From the NCBI GenBank assembly GCA_963662335.2, contig CAXXVD010000003.1, positions 492,675 through 556,674 of the forward strand: 64,000 nt of DNA, given 5' to 3'. This stretch comes from Chloroflexota bacterium. GTDB lineage: Bacteria; Chloroflexota; UBA11872; VXOZ01. Numbering within the stretch: position 1 is the first letter of the stretch; each line of letters begins with the position of its first letter. A program made the translations under genes and the position numbers. This document shows, piece after piece, positions 55,698 to 64,000 of the stretch. Below the pieces are notes generated by a model. That model searched no databases. It was not told where the DNA came from and saw only the letters and a list, made by a program, of their open reading frames with translations.

Positions 55698-56950
55698 TGA
55701 CATCCTGGCAACGGCGTCTCTTTCCCCTCTATCTCGCGGCGTTCACCGCCCAACTTGGCGTGCCGGCCTTTCTGCCGTTCATCCCGCTCTACATGGTCGA
55801 ACTCGGCATCGACGACGTGGGCGCGGCCGCGCGGTGGAGCGGCGTGCTGGTGGCGATCACGCCGCTTACCTCTACCGCGGCGGTGCCGTACCTCGGCTTG
55901 CTCGGCGATCGCATCGGCTTGCGGCGGCTCGCCCTCATCGGCCTGGGCGCGGGCGGGGTCACGGTCGCGCTGCTGGCGCTGGCGACGAGTCCCTGGCAAC
56001 TTCTGATCGGCCGCACGCTCTTCGGGTTTTGCGGCGTGTACTGGACGTTCTTTGCGGCCGCCATTGCGGAGCACGCGCCGCGGGAGCACATGGTGCGCGC
56101 CTTTGGCCGGCTGCAGATGGCGAACTTTGGCGCGCCCATCCTGGCGCCGGTAATGGGCGGCGCGATCGCCTCCGTGCTGGGCCTGAAAGCGGCTTTCGTG
56201 CTCGGCGGGATCATGTTCTGGATTGCCACCGCCATGGTGGCGCTGCTGTATCCGGGCGGTGACGAACTCAAGCCGCAGCGTAACGCAGCGAGCGCCGGTT
56301 CGCCGTGGCGGATGATCTTCGCGCAGCCGCAGATGGCGCTGCTCTCGTTGGTGTTGCTGGTCTCGTTCTACGCCGAAGGCAGCACCCTGCCGGTCATCCC
56401 GCTCTACGTGCAGGCGCTGGGCGTCGCGCCGGGCCAGGTGGCGGCGACCGTGGGCCTGATTACCGCCGCCAGCGCGGTGACGTACGTGGCGGCCAACGCG
56501 CTGGTCGGGCGCGTCGTGCCCACCAGATTAGCGCACGTGGCCGTGCTGCCGGGCCTGATTGGCGGCGCTATCGTCTGCGTGCCGCTCTTCTTTGCCGGCC
56601 AGTTGTGGCACCTGCTGGTCTTCCGGCCGCTGCTTTCGCTCTTCACCGGCACGATTCCGGCGCTGGTCTACACGGCGGCGGAGCCGTTCGTGCCGCGGGA
56701 ACGGCGCGGCGCGGGCTTTGGGCTGCTGACCAGCGTGGGCCTGGGCGGCACCGCCGCCGGCCGCGTCGCCAGCGGCATGGTGGCCTCGCTCTCGCTGTCG
56801 GGCGTCTTCTTCGTGGACGGCGTCCTGCTGCTGGGCGGGTTCGGGGTCTATTCCGCCCTGCGCCGCCGCTTTCCGTATCCGCAGGTGGACGAAGAGCCGC
56901 GTGGCCAAAGCGCTGCCGCCGGTTTGAACGAGGGCGGCAGTCCACGTTAG
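55685..56950 (+). CDS. MFS transporter
   Basis: Start M103 of the long ORF (or the in-frame GTG at 55697), overlapping the mazG stop. About 12 hydrophobic segments, with a GLLGDRIGLRR loop motif. Confidence 0.75.
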   Translation: MPPLVTSWQRRLFPLYLAAFTAQLGVPAFLPFIPLYMVELGIDDVGAAARWSGVLVAITPLTSTAAVPYLGLLGDRIGLRRLALIGLGAGGVTVALLALATSPWQLLIGRTLFGFCGVYWTFFAAAIAEHAPREHMVRAFGRLQMANFGAPILAPVMGGAIASVLGLKAAFVLGGIMFWIATAMVALLYPGGDELKPQRNAASAGSPWRMIFAQPQMALLSLVLLVSFYAEGSTLPVIPLYVQALGVAPGQVAATVGLITAASAVTYVAANALVGRVVPTRLAHVAVLPGLIGGAIVCVPLFFAGQLWHLLVFRPLLSLFTGTIPALVYTAAEPFVPRERRGAGFGLLTSVGLGGTAAGRVASGMVASLSLSGVFFVDGVLLLGGFGVYSALRRRFPYPQVDEEPRGQSAAAGLNEGGSPR

Positions 56951-57234
56951 GATTGAACTGTGCGCCCTGCCTGGGGCGGCTCTTGGCGTAAAGTAACCGT
57001 CACGCAGTCCAAACGCCCAGAAGATGCCGGGAGGGAAACCCTATTCGAGACGCTGCATAGACAACGCCCCCCTCAAGAGAACGCCTTTTCGGAGAAACAG
57101 CAGAGAAGGGATATCCGTTCCTCCCGCGCCTGTCGAAGGATTAACGGATGCTCACGTCAGCAACCCGCCAAAGTTCCCGGCGCCCGTTCGCACGAGGGCA
57201 GAGGCGCGCGCCCCATGCTCCTGCGCCGGGTTCG

Positions 57235-58698
57235 CTACTCCTCCGCCAGCATCCGCCCCACCGCGCACGTGTCGCAGCGCTTCTCCCGGCACCAGGCGTG
57301 GTAGACGTGGAGCAACCCCTGCTGGCGCGCGGCGGTCATGGGCACGTACTTTGGCGGCAGGCCGAACACGTCGTCGCGCATGGCGCGGCTCAGGCGGTTC
57401 AGGCCGCCGCCCGGCGCGCGGCGAAAGAGGTCTATGGCCCAATCGGCCAGCCCGCCGTCACCCACGTGTTCGCCATAGGCGACCAGGAACGGCAGGATGA
57501 CGTTCACGAGCATCTCGCGGGCACGCTCCGTCCCGATGAGACTCTGCGGCCCGCCGCGCAACGGCGCGCCAACGTCGCTGTGCGCCGCCCAGTAGGGTGA
57601 GGCGGACGCCGCCAGCGTAAACGCGTTTATCGCGTGCTGGAGCGCCTGCGGCGGCGACTCTGTGCGGAGCGCCAGGCAGGTTGCCACCGGCCCCGTCCTG
57701 GCGAGCCGGGCGCAGAGGATTCCGGCCGCCGCCACCCGCCGGGCCGGGGCGTTCGCGGGCCGCACGCCGCCGCGCGCCCACGCCGCGGCGTCCAGCGCCG
57801 GTTCCCGGCCAAACCGCCGCCAGCGCGTCTCCAGTTCCCGCACGTACGCCGCCTCGCCGGCGGCAGGGGCAAGACCTGCCGTGTCCGCGCGCGGCGATTC
57901 GCCGGGTGGGCCGCGGCGTGTCGTGCCCCTACGCGAGGCCGTCGTTCCCTTTCGTTCGGACTCGCCGCGCTGGGAGGGCAAGAGGCCAGCCGCGCCCAGG
58001 AAGAGCGCCTCGCCGCCATGCCCGGCGCCGGCCGTGCCGCCCAACAGCCCGGCCACCACCGGCCACGGCAGGGCCTCGCTCAACGCGCGAAACGGCGCCC
58101 GGTTCTGGGTATACCCCAGCGCGTCCAACAGGCCCGCGTAGAGCGCCTGCGCCGGCCCGTCCTGGTCGATTGCCGCCCGCAGCCGCGCCGCCTTCTGCCG
58201 CAACCGCCGTTCGCCCAGGGCGGCGAAGAGCATGCCGACGGTCATGGCGTCGCGCTGGGTGTGGAGGTCCGCGCACGGCTGGAACGACGGCAGCCGTTGC
58301 GCCGCATACTTCTCAGGCAGGCCGCCGGGGAAATGCGGCGCCAGCGCCAGCGTCCGCAGCGGTCCGCCCGCCACCGGGCCGTCGTTCTGCCACACCACGT
58401 GGAGCATGACGCTGTGGTAGGCCGGGTCGGCGGCGTGCCCGTGCGCGCGCCACGCGGACGTGGTCGTATGAATTTCAACGTGCCCGTGCCGCACCCGGCG
58501 GCCGTCGAGGGCAATGATGGCGTCGAGGAAGTCAGGCCCCGGCCCCAGGTTGCGCCGCCCCGGATAGACCACTTGAATCCGCTCACCGCCCGTGGTGCGC
58601 AGCAGCCGCGCGCCCCAGGGCGACGCCTGCCACAGTTGGGCCACGTCTTCTTCGCGCAACGCTGCCGTCGGGGCAACAGTGGGGTCGGCTACGGCCAT
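57235..58698 (-). CDS. DUF2851 family protein
   Basis: IQVVYPGRRNLGPGPDFLDA..HGHVEIH..SAWRAHGH..DPAYHSVMLHVVW pattern of DUF2851. Confidence 0.65.
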   Translation of the reverse strand: MAVADPTVAPTAALREEDVAQLWQASPWGARLLRTTGGERIQVVYPGRRNLGPGPDFLDAIIALDGRRVRHGHVEIHTTTSAWRAHGHAADPAYHSVMLHVVWQNDGPVAGGPLRTLALAPHFPGGLPEKYAAQRLPSFQPCADLHTQRDAMTVGMLFAALGERRLRQKAARLRAAIDQDGPAQALYAGLLDALGYTQNRAPFRALSEALPWPVVAGLLGGTAGAGHGGEALFLGAAGLLPSQRGESERKGTTASRRGTTRRGPPGESPRADTAGLAPAAGEAAYVRELETRWRRFGREPALDAAAWARGGVRPANAPARRVAAAGILCARLARTGPVATCLALRTESPPQALQHAINAFTLAASASPYWAAHSDVGAPLRGGPQSLIGTERAREMLVNVILPFLVAYGEHVGDGGLADWAIDLFRRAPGGGLNRLSRAMRDDVFGLPPKYVPMTAARQQGLLHVYHAWCREKRCDTCAVGRMLAEE

Positions 58699-58786
58699 GG
58701 CAAACTACCGGGTGCAGGGGGGAGAAACGCGCGTTGCGGTTAGTATAGCACGCCAACGACGCGGGTTGGCAATCCCGCGCTGGCAA

Positions 58787-58819
58787 CCGTTCAGCCTTCG
58801 ACAAGCTCAGGCCGAACGG
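58787..58819. repeat. F-family hairpin CCGTTCAGCCTTCGACAAGCTCAGGCCGAACGG
   Basis: Same architecture as the 12096-12415 and 48035-48333 copies. Confidence 0.7.
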
Positions 58820-58971
58820 TTTTGGTCCTCGCAGGGTGCGCTTCTCGCAAGGCGCGGTTCCAATCAGTAGCCCTGCTCAGAAAGGTGGAAGTCGTTCGCG
58901 GAAATCGCCATCCTCACCGCAAACGCCCTCTCCCGTTTGTGCTGGGCCCCATCTGCTCGCGCTCCACGCAG

Positions 58972-59006
58972 CCGTTCGCGCTGACCCTGTCGCAGCATGA
59001 ACTGAG
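58972..59006. repeat. F-family hairpin, degenerate copy
   Basis: CCGTTCGCGCTGACCCTGTCGCAGCATGAACTG. The right arm is decayed. Confidence 0.5.
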
Positions 59007-59287
59007 GGGCACCATATGCGTGACTAGACACCTCCCCTCCAGTCTCTTGTCCATTGCCGCGGCTTCAGCAGCGCCAGTGTATTCTAAATCCAGGGTGATG
59101 ATCTCAACCCTGGTTAGGGCTATGGTCTTACGCAAAAGGAGACAAGTGCAGCAAACCCTAGGCGTGTCCCATGCTGAGACTAACGCGCAGGTATAGGTTT
59201 GGACCGTCGCATCACCAAACCACCAAAGCCCTTGCGACGCGCAATAGGTGTCGGTACACTGCAAGGTAGGAGAGAGGGAATGGGGCG

Positions 59288-59428
59288 ATGGCGAACTACG
59301 AGTTCATTGGGACGATTGCAGCCATAATTATTGCGGCTGTTGCTGCAGGCGGTCTTATTCTTCGCTTGCAAGCAGGCCTTCAAGGGCAAATAGCGGAGTT
59401 AGGACAGCGTGTCTCCCGCATTGAGTGA
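59288..59428 (+). CDS. 46-aa hypothetical protein, N-terminal TM helix + short coiled segment
   Basis: Below the ORF-track cutoff, translated by hand: MANYEFIGTIAAIIIAAVAAGGLILRLQAGLQGQIAELGQRVSRIE. RBS AGGAGAGAGGGA about 10 nt upstream. First gene of the low-GC islet. Confidence 0.35.
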   Translation: MANYEFIGTIAAIIIAAVAAGGLILRLQAGLQGQIAELGQRVSRIE

Positions 59429-59475
59429 TACCTCAAGGGCTACTTCATGCGGGATAGCAAGCGAGAGGAGTAGGG

Positions 59476-59772
59476 ATGCTCGAAGAAGACATGACCGCTG
59501 AGTGTGAAAGGCACGGCTTATCACGAAAGGACGCCGTGCGAGCTATCACACATGCGAAAGATGGTGTCTGCGAACTACACGACTATGAGGTAACGCACGA
59601 AGACCCCAAAAGCACCAAGCTCTTTGTATGGAACTACTGCGGGACGAAAGACAGTAATGGTAACGAGCGGTTCTATTTGGAGAGAATTACAGTCATAAAA
59701 CCCTATAGAAAAGGGAGACCCGCAGACTGGAATCCAGTGATTGATTTCAGAGACTTCAATCCTGGCACTTAG
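59476..59772 (+). CDS. 98-aa hypothetical soluble protein
   Basis: ORF in the low-GC islet with RBS GAGGAG upstream. No family recognised. Confidence 0.45.
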   Translation: MLEEDMTAECERHGLSRKDAVRAITHAKDGVCELHDYEVTHEDPKSTKLFVWNYCGTKDSNGNERFYLERITVIKPYRKGRPADWNPVIDFRDFNPGT

Positions 59773-59872
59773 GATTGATATTGAGCAAATATCAAGGGCA
59801 GGCTGTAGCTGAGAAGCTGCAGGATGGATCCGGTTGGCTTTGACACAGCAATAAACGGAGAGGGAACAGTTT

Positions 59873-60334
59873 ATGACGGAACACATAGCGATTGTTGCGG
59901 TCATAGAAGGAATCACTATAGCCCTTGTAGCTGCGGCTATACTTGGATTGCATCGTTGGGTTTCAACTTGGCTAAGGCAAAGGGAACAGATGCAATATCT
60001 CAGAGACATCATCGCCACTGGGCACAGGCAAATCAAGGACGCAGAGCCTGTGGGTGAAATGTCTGAGGATATTGTTCGATTTCTATTGTTCGAGAGTGTT
60101 CTGCGCGACTTAAGTCCCGCTTTGAGTCACAGAACTGATAGTATTGGCTACAAGCAAAAGTACGAGTTGCAAAGAACACTCGTTCATGTTTCTGGATTTA
60201 TGAGCGAGATGAAGATTGGAAGAGGACCTGGGCGAAATATTCCAAGTGGATTGAGATTCTACGAGCAACACTTCTTTGAAAAAATACGCAAGGTTGAGTG
60301 GCTAGCCATATCATCACCACAGCCTCTAGAGTGA
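59873..60334 (+). CDS. 153-aa hypothetical protein with N-terminal TM anchor
   Basis: IAIVAVIEGITIALVAAAILGL helix followed by a soluble domain. RBS GGAGAGGGAA upstream. No family recognised. Confidence 0.45.
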   Translation: MTEHIAIVAVIEGITIALVAAAILGLHRWVSTWLRQREQMQYLRDIIATGHRQIKDAEPVGEMSEDIVRFLLFESVLRDLSPALSHRTDSIGYKQKYELQRTLVHVSGFMSEMKIGRGPGRNIPSGLRFYEQHFFEKIRKVEWLAISSPQPLE

Positions 60335-60390
60335 CAGACGAGGCGACCCCGGTTAGTCTTGTGTAAGACCCCGATCCAAGATAAGCAAAC

Positions 60391-60427
60391 GCTCTCCCCG
60401 GCCCGGAGTTCACCGGCCGGGGAGAGC
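60391..60427. terminator. GC-rich hairpin GCTCTCCCCGGCC-(11 nt)-GGCCGGGGAGAGC between convergent genes
   Basis: 13-bp perfect stem between the islet's last gene and the SBP gene. No clear U tract on either side. Confidence 0.4.
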
Positions 60428-60458
60428 GCACTGGCGTAGTCTTAGAGAATCGCGCAGC

Positions 60459-61859
60459 CTAGAAGTCGACCACCGAGTTCTCCAGCGCCTCATCCAGCGC
60501 CTGCTGCACCTCGGCGTTGCCGTCCGCCAGCGCTTCCGGCACCGTCTTCTCGCGCTTCCAGATGGAGCTTGCCATGCGCACGTGGATGCCGATGATCCGG
60601 CGTCCGCCGGGTGCGCTCACCACCCACTGGGCGCCGTCCATCTCGCGGGCGCCCTGGATGCGCAGCGGGTCGCCCTGGGTGAATTCCTCACTCTGGGCCA
60701 CCGACCGCCGGGCCGGCAGGCTGTCGCGCACGTCGTTGAAGCGGCGGTCGTTCGGCTCCAGGAAGAGCCACTCGAGGAATTTGAACGCGCCGTCCGGGTT
60801 GTTGGAGCCTTCCGGCATCAGGTGCGCGCCGCCGCCGCGATACGCCGCCGGCGAGCCGCCCTCGGCCACCGGATAGGTGTCCACGCCGACCGTAATCTTG
60901 GCGAAGGCCTCCTCATACGCCTCGAACCGGGTGATGTTCATCACGTCGGTCCACATGGCGCAGCGGCCGGTGGAGAAGAGGTGTTGATGCCGCTCGTCGC
61001 CCTTGAAGGCGTTCATGGCGTCCAGCCCGCCCTGCAGGTCGAAGAAGCGCAGGGTCAAGTTGAACGCGGTCACCATCAGCTCGTTGTCGATGGTCGACTC
61101 GAGCTCGTCGTCGCTGAGCAGCCGCCCGCCCTGCTGCCAGAACGGCACCAGCCACCAGACCAGGGAGCTATTGCCGTACCAGAAGCCGAGGCGCGTGATG
61201 TTGTCGCCCTCTTTCTTGAGGGTCTGCTGGATGGCCGAGTCGAGTTCGTCCCAGTTCGCCGGGCCGCTGTCCGGGTCCAGGCCCACTTCCACGAAAACGT
61301 CCTTGTTGTAGAAGTAGGTAAAGACCGTGGGCGCCCACGGCAGGCCGAACCAGTGGCCGCGGTACGTCGAGTCGAAGACCACGCGCGGATAGTAGTCGTC
61401 CGCGTCGATGACGGTCGAGGCCTTGACGTAGTTGGTGATGTCGGCGGCGATGCCGCGCACGCCGAAGTCCTTCGGCAGATACGCGTCGATGTAGGAAATA
61501 TCCGGCGGGATGCCGCCGGCCACCACCGTGGGCAGCTTGTTGATCGTGTCGCCGTAGGTGGTGACGATCACGTTGACCTGCTCGTTGGGATTGGCCTCGT
61601 GATACTCGCTGACGATGTCCGCGCCAATGCCCTGCACCCAGTTGCTGCCGCCCATGTCGATGGCCCAGAAGTTCGTGGGCTGCATCTCGGCGGCCGGCGC
61701 CGCTTCCGCTTCTTTCTCCTCAGCTTGCGGGGCGTCCGCCGGGGCCGGGGCCGCCATGCCCGCCTGCCCGCACGCGGCCAGGATCACCGCTCCCGCCGCG
61801 GCTCCGCCGCCGGCCAGCAACCGGCGCCGTGTGGTCTGGAATCCAGTCCGTGTCTCCAT
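60459..61859 (-). CDS. ABC transporter substrate-binding protein (family 1)
   Basis: Start METRTGFQTTRRRLLAGGGAAAGAVILAACG (M65 of the ORF) after AGGAGG. 466 aa. Confidence 0.85.
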   Translation of the reverse strand: METRTGFQTTRRRLLAGGGAAAGAVILAACGQAGMAAPAPADAPQAEEKEAEAAPAAEMQPTNFWAIDMGGSNWVQGIGADIVSEYHEANPNEQVNVIVTTYGDTINKLPTVVAGGIPPDISYIDAYLPKDFGVRGIAADITNYVKASTVIDADDYYPRVVFDSTYRGHWFGLPWAPTVFTYFYNKDVFVEVGLDPDSGPANWDELDSAIQQTLKKEGDNITRLGFWYGNSSLVWWLVPFWQQGGRLLSDDELESTIDNELMVTAFNLTLRFFDLQGGLDAMNAFKGDERHQHLFSTGRCAMWTDVMNITRFEAYEEAFAKITVGVDTYPVAEGGSPAAYRGGGAHLMPEGSNNPDGAFKFLEWLFLEPNDRRFNDVRDSLPARRSVAQSEEFTQGDPLRIQGAREMDGAQWVVSAPGGRRIIGIHVRMASSIWKREKTVPEALADGNAEVQQALDEALENSVVDF

Positions 61860-62049
61860 CGTCGGAAAAACCTCCTGCCCAAAGGGCGCTATGCCTGACA
61901 CCCACCGCCGCCGCGCGTGCGGCGCCGCATCCGCCGTCAACCTGCGTGACGCGGCCTCCGCCCCATCCGCTGCGGGCGCGGACACCCGGCGCCGGCCCAA
62001 ACCGGCGCGCGCTAAACCCGGCCCGCCCCGCTCCGGCGGCTTGGAACGC

Positions 62050-62079
62050 ATGGTAGCGCGCGCAATCCAGTCTTGTCAA
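62050..62079 (-). promoter_or_regulatory. possible promoter TTGACA-18-TACCAT (minus strand)
   Basis: Read directly. It would give a GC-rich leader of about 180 nt for the SBP gene. Confidence 0.3.
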
Positions 62080-62108
62080 GGAGCATTGAGCGTTCCTTTC
62101 CGCCATAA

Positions 62109-62184
62109 CCGCGCACGCGGGAATCCATCTTGGTCTCGCGCGCAGTCAAGAGCGGATGGATTCCCGCGTGCCCGGGAATGACGG
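62109..62184. repeat. B-family double hairpin (left unit truncated)
   Basis: CCGCGCACGCGGGAATCCATC...GATGGATTCCCGCGTGCCCGGGAATGACGG. Collinear with 38794-38871. Confidence 0.8.
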
Positions 62185-62270
62185 AGGCTGCCGCGCCACT
62201 TTCATGGCAATGACGGCTTTGCGCAAACGTCACCTCTCTGAGAGAGGCTTAGGAGCGCTGCCCTCCAGCC

Positions 62271-62306
62271 CCCCTCTCCTCGTGGGAGAGGGTTAGGGTG
62301 AGGGGG
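62271..62306. repeat. E-family repeat (inverted orientation)
   Basis: CCCCTCTCCTCGTGGGAGAGGGTTAGGGTGAGGGGG, 20 nt beyond the UDG stop. Confidence 0.75.
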
Positions 62307-62326
62307 CTTTCTTGCCGCGCGGGCGG

Positions 62327-63010
62327 CTAGAAGAGACTCAGTTGATCGGCGTCAGGATCCGCGGCGGCGTCCGGCCCGTCCGCGGCCGCGCCTGGGCCGT
62401 CCGCCGCCGCTTGCCGGTCGAAGCGCCCCTGCTCCCGCAATTCCCGCAGGCGCTGGGCGATGGCGGGCAATTTCTGGATGTCCTCGAACAGCATCTGCTT
62501 GATCGCCGGCGTGCGCAGGCCGGCCGCCGGATGGTAGAAGGGCACGTAGGCGCGGCCGTCGGCGAACTTCGGCTCGCCGTGCACCGCGGAAATCTTCGCG
62601 CCGGGAAAGAACTTCGCCAGCGAATAGCGGCCCAGCGTGACCACGATGCGCGGCTCAATGGCGGCCAGTTGGCGTTCCAGATACCCATCGCAGGCGGCGA
62701 TTTCGTCCGGCTGGGGGTCCCGGTTGCCCGGCGGCCGGCACTTGACCACGTTGGTGATGAAGACCTGCTCCCGCCGCAAGCCCACCGCCGCCAGCATCTC
62801 CTCCAGCAGTTTTCCCGCCTGCCCCACGAACGGCCGCCCCTGCCGGTCTTCGTGGAAGCCCGGCCCCTCGCCAATGAACATGATGCCGCTCTTGAGCTCC
62901 CCCTCGCCCGGCACCGCCTTGGTTCTCTGCTCGCACAACCGGCACGCCGCGCACGCCCGCACCTCCGCGCCAATCGCCGCCAACACCTGCTCAGGGGTCT
63001 GCTCCGCCAC
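62327..63010 (-). CDS. udg: uracil-DNA glycosylase, family 4 (Fe-S type)
   Basis: CAACRLCEQR, FIGEGPGFHEDRQGRPFVGQAGKLL, HPAAGLR. Has a low-complexity AADGP-repeat C-terminal tail. Confidence 0.85.
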   Translation of the reverse strand: MAEQTPEQVLAAIGAEVRACAACRLCEQRTKAVPGEGELKSGIMFIGEGPGFHEDRQGRPFVGQAGKLLEEMLAAVGLRREQVFITNVVKCRPPGNRDPQPDEIAACDGYLERQLAAIEPRIVVTLGRYSLAKFFPGAKISAVHGEPKFADGRAYVPFYHPAAGLRTPAIKQMLFEDIQKLPAIAQRLRELREQGRFDRQAAADGPGAAADGPDAAADPDADQLSLF

Positions 63011-63276
63011 CGGGATACTCCATCGTGCCCACGAGTGCTCATGTGGATGTTCTGCGCCTACAGTACAGAATACCGGCAGGGGTAAGCAAGAGCGGCGCTT
63101 GACCGCGCTGTCCTGTGGTACTCTGGCTTGCGGTTGGGCAGTGTCGTCACACCAAGGGCCCGGCGCGTCCGCTGCTCGCTGCGGGCGCGGTGGCGAGCAC
63201 AGACTGAGCGTACACGCGCCCAGCGAACGTCAACCGCGCCCAAACGCTGAGAGAGTGTTGAGGTGACGGGCGCATC

Positions 63277-64000
63277 ATGCCTGAACTTCCCGAAGTCGAG
63301 ACCATTCGCCGCAGCCTGGCGCCGCATCTTTGCGACGACGCGATTGCCGCCGTGCCGCTGCTGGACCCGCACGCGGTGGCCGAGCCGGAACCGGACGCGC
63401 TGGCCGCGCTGCTGCCGGGCCGGCGCGTCACCGCCGTCGAACGCCGGGCAAAGTACCTCGTCTTGGCCCTCGATTCGCAAAACCTGGTCGTGCACCTGCG
63501 CATGAGCGGCCGCCTCAGGCTCGTACGGCAGGTGGAAGAGACGCGCTACCTGCGCGCCCAGTGGGATCTCGCGTCCGGGCGCGCGCTCTGCTTCTACGAC
63601 GTGCGGCGCTTTGGGCGCATCTGGCTGCTGGACGGCGCGCGCCTGGCGGCACTCTTCGCCCCGCTCGGCCCGGAGCCGTTCGACCCGGCGCTTACGCCGT
63701 CCTGGCTGCACAAACGCCTGGGAAAGCGCACCGCGCCGCTCAAGTCGCTCCTGCTCAACCAGCATTTCATAGCCGGCCTGGGCAATATCTACGTGGATGA
63801 GGCGCTCCACGCTTGCGGGCTGCATCCCCGGCGGCCGGCGAATTCCCTGGAAATCGGAGAGACTACCGCCCTGCTCGCCGCCATACAGCGCATCCTCCGC
63901 GAGGCCATCGAGAGCGGCGGCACCACCTTCGACGCCGTCTACAGCGACGCCGCCGGCCGGCCCGGCCGCTACCGGGAACGCCTGGCCGTCTACCGCCGTG
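63277..64000 (+). CDS. mutM: formamidopyrimidine-DNA glycosylase (partial, runs off the window)
   Basis: Not in the ORF track because there is no stop in the window. Hand translation from the ATG at 63277 gives MPELPEVETIRRSL...RRAKYLVL...HLRMSGRL. Confidence 0.85.
   Translation, partial: MPELPEVETIRRSLAPHLCDDAIAAVPLLDPHAVAEPEPDALAALLPGRRVTAVERRAKYLVLALDSQNLVVHLRMSGRLRLVRQVEETRYLRAQWDLASGRALCFYDVRRFGRIWLLDGARLAALFAPLGPEPFDPALTPSWLHKRLGKRTAPLKSLLLNQHFIAGLGNIYVDEALHACGLHPRRPANSLEIGETTALLAAIQRILREAIESGGTTFDAVYSDAAGRPGRYRERLAVYRR

Noticed and set aside
59575-60036. 153-aa minus-strand ORF inside the low-GC islet
   Set aside because: It is antisense to two plus-strand ORFs that have RBSs. Its Cys/Ser/Ile-rich composition has no start context.

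Overview
High-GC (about 63-70% on lines I hand-counted) bacterial chromosomal window. Split gcvPA/gcvPB, many Tat-signal solute-binding proteins and an archaeal-style split glutamate-synthase-like cluster suggest a Chloroflexota/Thermomicrobia-like or related organism (low confidence). I support about 50 protein genes, 2 tRNAs (Arg-CCT, Thr-TGT), 2 transposase remnants, no rRNA, no CRISPR, no intact mobile element and no recognisable transcription factor. Core blocks: gcvT-gcvH-gcvPA-gcvPB, tgt, cysK, argJ, class I aldolase, PduO-type adenosyltransferase, MazG/YabN-like, UDG family 4 and mutM, and an iron/B12-type ABC importer. Accessory-looking blocks: a lactonase-like/RhamD-like dehydratase cluster with tandem paralogs, a sulfatase/oxidoreductase/SBP cluster, five orphan sugar-type SBPs, and two tandem methyltransferases. 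The most striking non-genic property is that nearly every intergenic spacer holds short palindromic repeats of at least six families (labelled A-F here). These include an in-frame copy inside a CDS, a 62-bp perfect palindrome, ~94-bp composite elements and a phased 21-nt x 11 tandem array in a divergent promoter region. Best candidates for undescribed biology: (1) an overlapping small-protein + free-standing retropepsin-like protease pair on a low-GC islet beside tRNA-Arg; (2) a second low-GC islet with three orphan genes, two of them membrane-anchored; (3) a split glutamate-synthase-like trio whose amidotransferase subunit has Tyr in place of the catalytic N-terminal Cys; (4) the 21-nt array. 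CDS coordinates are anchored on the ORF track. Hand-mapped repeats, promoters and hairpins may be off by 1-2 nt. All family assignments come from motif recognition by eye, not database searches.
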